A DNA stretch of 64,000 bases from Phoronis australis (taxonomy: Eukaryota > Animalia > Phoronida). The stretch spans positions 1,198,160-1,262,159 of the forward strand of contig NMRA01000037.1 in the NCBI GenBank assembly GCA_002633005.1. Direction: 5' to 3'. Under the pieces are notes generated by a model. That model was given only the letters and a program-made list of their open reading frames with translations, was not told the DNA's origin and did no database searches. This document shows positions 63,801 to 64,000 of this stretch, in pieces. Positions within the stretch are counted from its first letter, which is position 1. Each line of letters begins with the position of its first letter. The translations under genes and the position numbers were made by a program.

Positions 63801-63928
63801 TTCATATCGACGACTGTCTTTTGGCGCTGCAAATGTTCCAAGATGAGCCGTCGTTGGAGAACAGGTTGTGGATGACGGTTGCCAAACGTATATCTGCAAC
63901 AGTGATGAATAACGACAAGAATTATGCT
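34765..63928 (+). CDS. SLC9C1: SLC9C1/sNHE-type voltage- and cyclic-nucleotide-gated Na+/H+ exchanger (NHE + VSD + CNBD), spliced; 3' end lies beyond the window
   Basis: join(34765-35056,35675-35929,38427-38564,40325-40450,40896-41057,43063-43171,43482-43625,45153-45324,45572-45653,46634-46736,47719-47797,48034-48174,56297-56394,57272-57332,57877-58134,58858-59055,59381-59582,60140-60288,60634-60759,61269-61367,61946-62128,63791-63928); all GT-AG, phases consistent, 1105 codons. Motifs: SATDPVAVV, EGESLLNDG, WAGLRGAVG, SYWKQFEHGML, S4 KLARIFRLLRISRLLKLCR, CNBD GEMSILTKEPRNATV. Confidence 0.95.
35675..35929 (+). CDS. SLC9C1: SLC9C1-like exon 2 (NHE domain)
   Basis: VPLPYTVVLL...DPHLIFHVFLPVLIFESAF. 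Confidence 0.93.
36304..36704. mobile_element. PIF/Harbinger-like MITE (3-bp CTG TSD) nested in another repeat
   Basis: ctg|ggcccggtctctaatctttgtactcgaaacgaactcgaaa ... tttcgagttccatttcgagtaaaaagattggacaccggtcc|ctg, ~50-bp imperfect TIRs; host repeat (aaacctggtttaa motifs, ~36190-36810) has a relative at ~37740-37890. Confidence 0.72.
37185..37332 (+). mobile_element. Truncated copy of the 5-bp-TSD MITE family
   Basis: Core taaaattctcccggattccatttggcagttcgggggtgcgaatgtctgacgggcaaaatcctggctaatactctgcc, near-identical to the 32015 copy. Confidence 0.75.
38427..38564 (+). CDS. SLC9C1: SLC9C1-like exon 3 (TDPV motif)
   Basis: FGAIVSATDPVAVVALLKDL. Confidence 0.95.
40325..40450 (+). CDS. SLC9C1: SLC9C1-like exon 4 (ND ion-binding motif)
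   Basis: ASKTLAILIEGESLLNDGAAIVIF. Confidence 0.95.
40542..40653. other. Assembly gap (N run)
   Basis: Run of n. Confidence 0.99.
40654..40748 (+). repeat. (GGGA)n purine-rich microsatellite
   Basis: gagggagggagggaggg... adjoining the gap. Confidence 0.9.
40896..41057 (+). CDS. SLC9C1: SLC9C1-like exon 5
   Basis: LGGPALGW...IFNDAMTEITITLGAAYVTFYV. Confidence 0.93.
42078..42151. mobile_element. 74-bp mini inverted-repeat element
   Basis: catgggcggtgca ... tgcaccgcccatg perfect 13-bp TIR; flanks cttgt/cttga. Confidence 0.68.
43063..43171 (+). CDS. SLC9C1: SLC9C1-like exon 6
   Basis: EVFFRVSGVLAVVMLG...TSISPEVEIFLH. Confidence 0.93.
43482..43625 (+). CDS. SLC9C1: SLC9C1-like exon 7
   Basis: FWEMLAYLANTLIFVLVGIVI. 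Confidence 0.93.
43872..44091 (+). repeat. Dispersed ~220-bp repeat (copy C of the 33478/34034 family)
   Basis: atttggcaaaattggcaaaaaggtccgcctcagagaaac...aaaattcgagctctccattttaggctggg. Confidence 0.8.
44658..44995. mobile_element. MITE with 15-bp perfect TIR
   Basis: tcgttggccaaatgg ... ccatttggccaacga; internal ttacg/cgtaa sub-repeats in inverted arrangement. Confidence 0.7.
45153..45324 (+). CDS. SLC9C1: SLC9C1-like exon 8
   Basis: GYGFTWQNGVVMTWAGLRGAVGLTLAL. Confidence 0.95.
45572..45653 (+). CDS. SLC9C1: SLC9C1-like exon 9 (last NHE helix)
   Basis: ILFHTAGIVMMTLFLNATTIKWLLKKL. Confidence 0.93.
45900..46320 (-). mobile_element. Decayed 3' fragment of a HERO/NeSL-like non-LTR retrotransposon (restriction-like endonuclease domain)
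   Basis: Minus frame IAELTVL*EKAYEETNERKANKYIKLESSCRERG*RTWLFPVKMGCKSFPAGST*PLLQTLG matches the ELTVPWE..A.ERK..KY..L...CR..GW....PVEVGCRGF consensus; stops fall at Trp positions. Confidence 0.8.
46634..46736 (+). CDS. SLC9C1: SLC9C1-like exon 10
   Basis: GMSEVSTPKKMAMQTAV...NILKSD. Confidence 0.9.
46910..47532 (-). mobile_element. 3' fragment of a CR1/L2-group LINE (C-terminal zinc knuckle)
   Basis: ORF 47107-47532: SPNCKCGDHQSYPHIFFKCPLIEYLRDSL...LLNGSPNFDVVLNEFLLSNVSNFFIST, typical LINE ORF2 tail. Confidence 0.7.
47719..47797 (+). CDS. SLC9C1: SLC9C1-like exon 11
   Basis: RFLADADWELVENSCVITDPY. Confidence 0.92.
48034..48174 (+). CDS. SLC9C1: SLC9C1-like canonical exon 12
   Basis: SVCPDCETLVPNEPSPQEQREMENEAHLRYIKAQK; phase 0/0. 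Confidence 0.9.
48757..49374 (+). CDS. Putative alternative giant exon A (206 codons, charged and disordered) within SLC9C1-like intron 12
   Basis: ttttag acceptor, 618-nt stop-free frame (includes ORF 49117), gtacgt donor, phase 0/0. Confidence 0.62.
50387..51337 (+). CDS. Putative alternative giant exon B (317 codons) ending in a paralogous copy of the exon-12 helix
   Basis: ttacag acceptor, part of ORF 50345, ends DIDAIQEESRKRYLNACK|gtgagt, phase 0/0. Confidence 0.72.
54560..55135 (+). repeat. Compound (GCA)n/(GTA)n trinucleotide microsatellite, intronic
   Basis: Long gca/gta runs; degenerate continuation at ~55520-55700. Confidence 0.92.
56297..56394 (+). CDS. SLC9C1: SLC9C1-like exon 13
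   Basis: VSYWKQFEHGMLSREAVSKLVECADVATD. Confidence 0.93.
56560..56697 (-). mobile_element. tRNA-derived SINE (or tRNA pseudogene)
   Basis: Minus strand gaggcagtgtggcctagtgtg (A box) ... gggttcgagtccc (B box), degenerate anticodon arm, non-tRNA tail. Confidence 0.65.
57272..57332 (+). CDS. SLC9C1: SLC9C1-like exon 14
   Basis: YMDLKEIKKTWQVKGLFPYL; phase 2/0. Confidence 0.88.
57877..58134 (+). CDS. SLC9C1: SLC9C1-like exon 15 (VSD S1-S2)
   Basis: FETIINIVILVNMIPILME...NYVFFAIYCQEAFVK. Confidence 0.93.
58858..59055 (+). CDS. SLC9C1: SLC9C1-like exon 16 (VSD S3-S4)
   Basis: SHWNQLDLLVIILSVVD...KLARIFRLLRISRLLKLCR. Confidence 0.95.
59381..59582 (+). CDS. SLC9C1: SLC9C1-like exon 17
   Basis: INKQLSFGYDVGKGYVSGEEEV. 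Confidence 0.93.
60140..60288 (+). CDS. SLC9C1: SLC9C1-like exon 18
   Basis: MLQREHPGIAVAVKTRQAIRSVLN. Confidence 0.93.
60634..60759 (+). CDS. SLC9C1: SLC9C1-like exon 19
   Basis: MKRLLNAPSSIPPPPPENMLSYVSWL. Confidence 0.93.
61269..61367 (+). CDS. SLC9C1: SLC9C1-like exon 20 (CNBD)
   Basis: FNYGDVIMNVGDKCNGIYIIVSGLVR. Confidence 0.93.
61946..62128 (+). CDS. SLC9C1: SLC9C1-like exon 21 (CNBD phosphate-binding cassette)
   Basis: DFLTAGKVIGEMSILTKEPRNATVTCETAVQ. Confidence 0.93.
63791..63928 (+). CDS. SLC9C1: SLC9C1-like exon 22 (CNBD C-terminal helices)
   Basis: CYYIHIDDCLLALQMFQDEPSLENRLWMTVAKRIS; ttgcag/gtatgt. Confidence 0.88.
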
Positions 63929-64000
63929 GTATGTAGTCATAAATGTTCCAGGGATTATTTCACATCTACTCTAAATCAATTTTCAGCATCATTTTTAGCG

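Overview
Eukaryotic, intron-rich genomic DNA (AT-rich, two assembly gaps), most likely from a marine invertebrate; the taxon cannot be fixed from sequence alone. The ORF track is mostly noise because the real genes are spliced. Manual GT-AG/phase reconstruction gives two tandem + strand genes. (1) A divergent Hv1/HVCN1-family proton channel homologue (9 recovered coding exons, 5768-31287; start exon not found). It keeps the S1 selectivity Asp and S4 Trp/Asn but has only one S4 Arg (LIWRMIQ instead of RxWRxxR), Met in place of the S2 charge-transfer Phe, a ~150-aa S1-S2 loop and a ~330-aa C-terminus. (2) About 3.5 kb downstream, an SLC9C1/sNHE-type voltage- and cAMP-gated Na+/H+ exchanger (NHE + VSD + CNBD; 22 canonical exons, 34765 to beyond the window). 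It contains two extra in-frame giant exons (523 codons) whose end duplicates the end of canonical exon 12, suggesting an alternative isoform. Introns hold many non-autonomous transposons (a 5-bp-TSD MITE family, a Helentron/HINE with an array of CTCF-like motifs, Kolobok- and Harbinger-like MITEs), LINE relics (HERO-like, CR1-like), a tRNA-SINE and microsatellites. All homology calls are from recalled family motifs, not from database searches.
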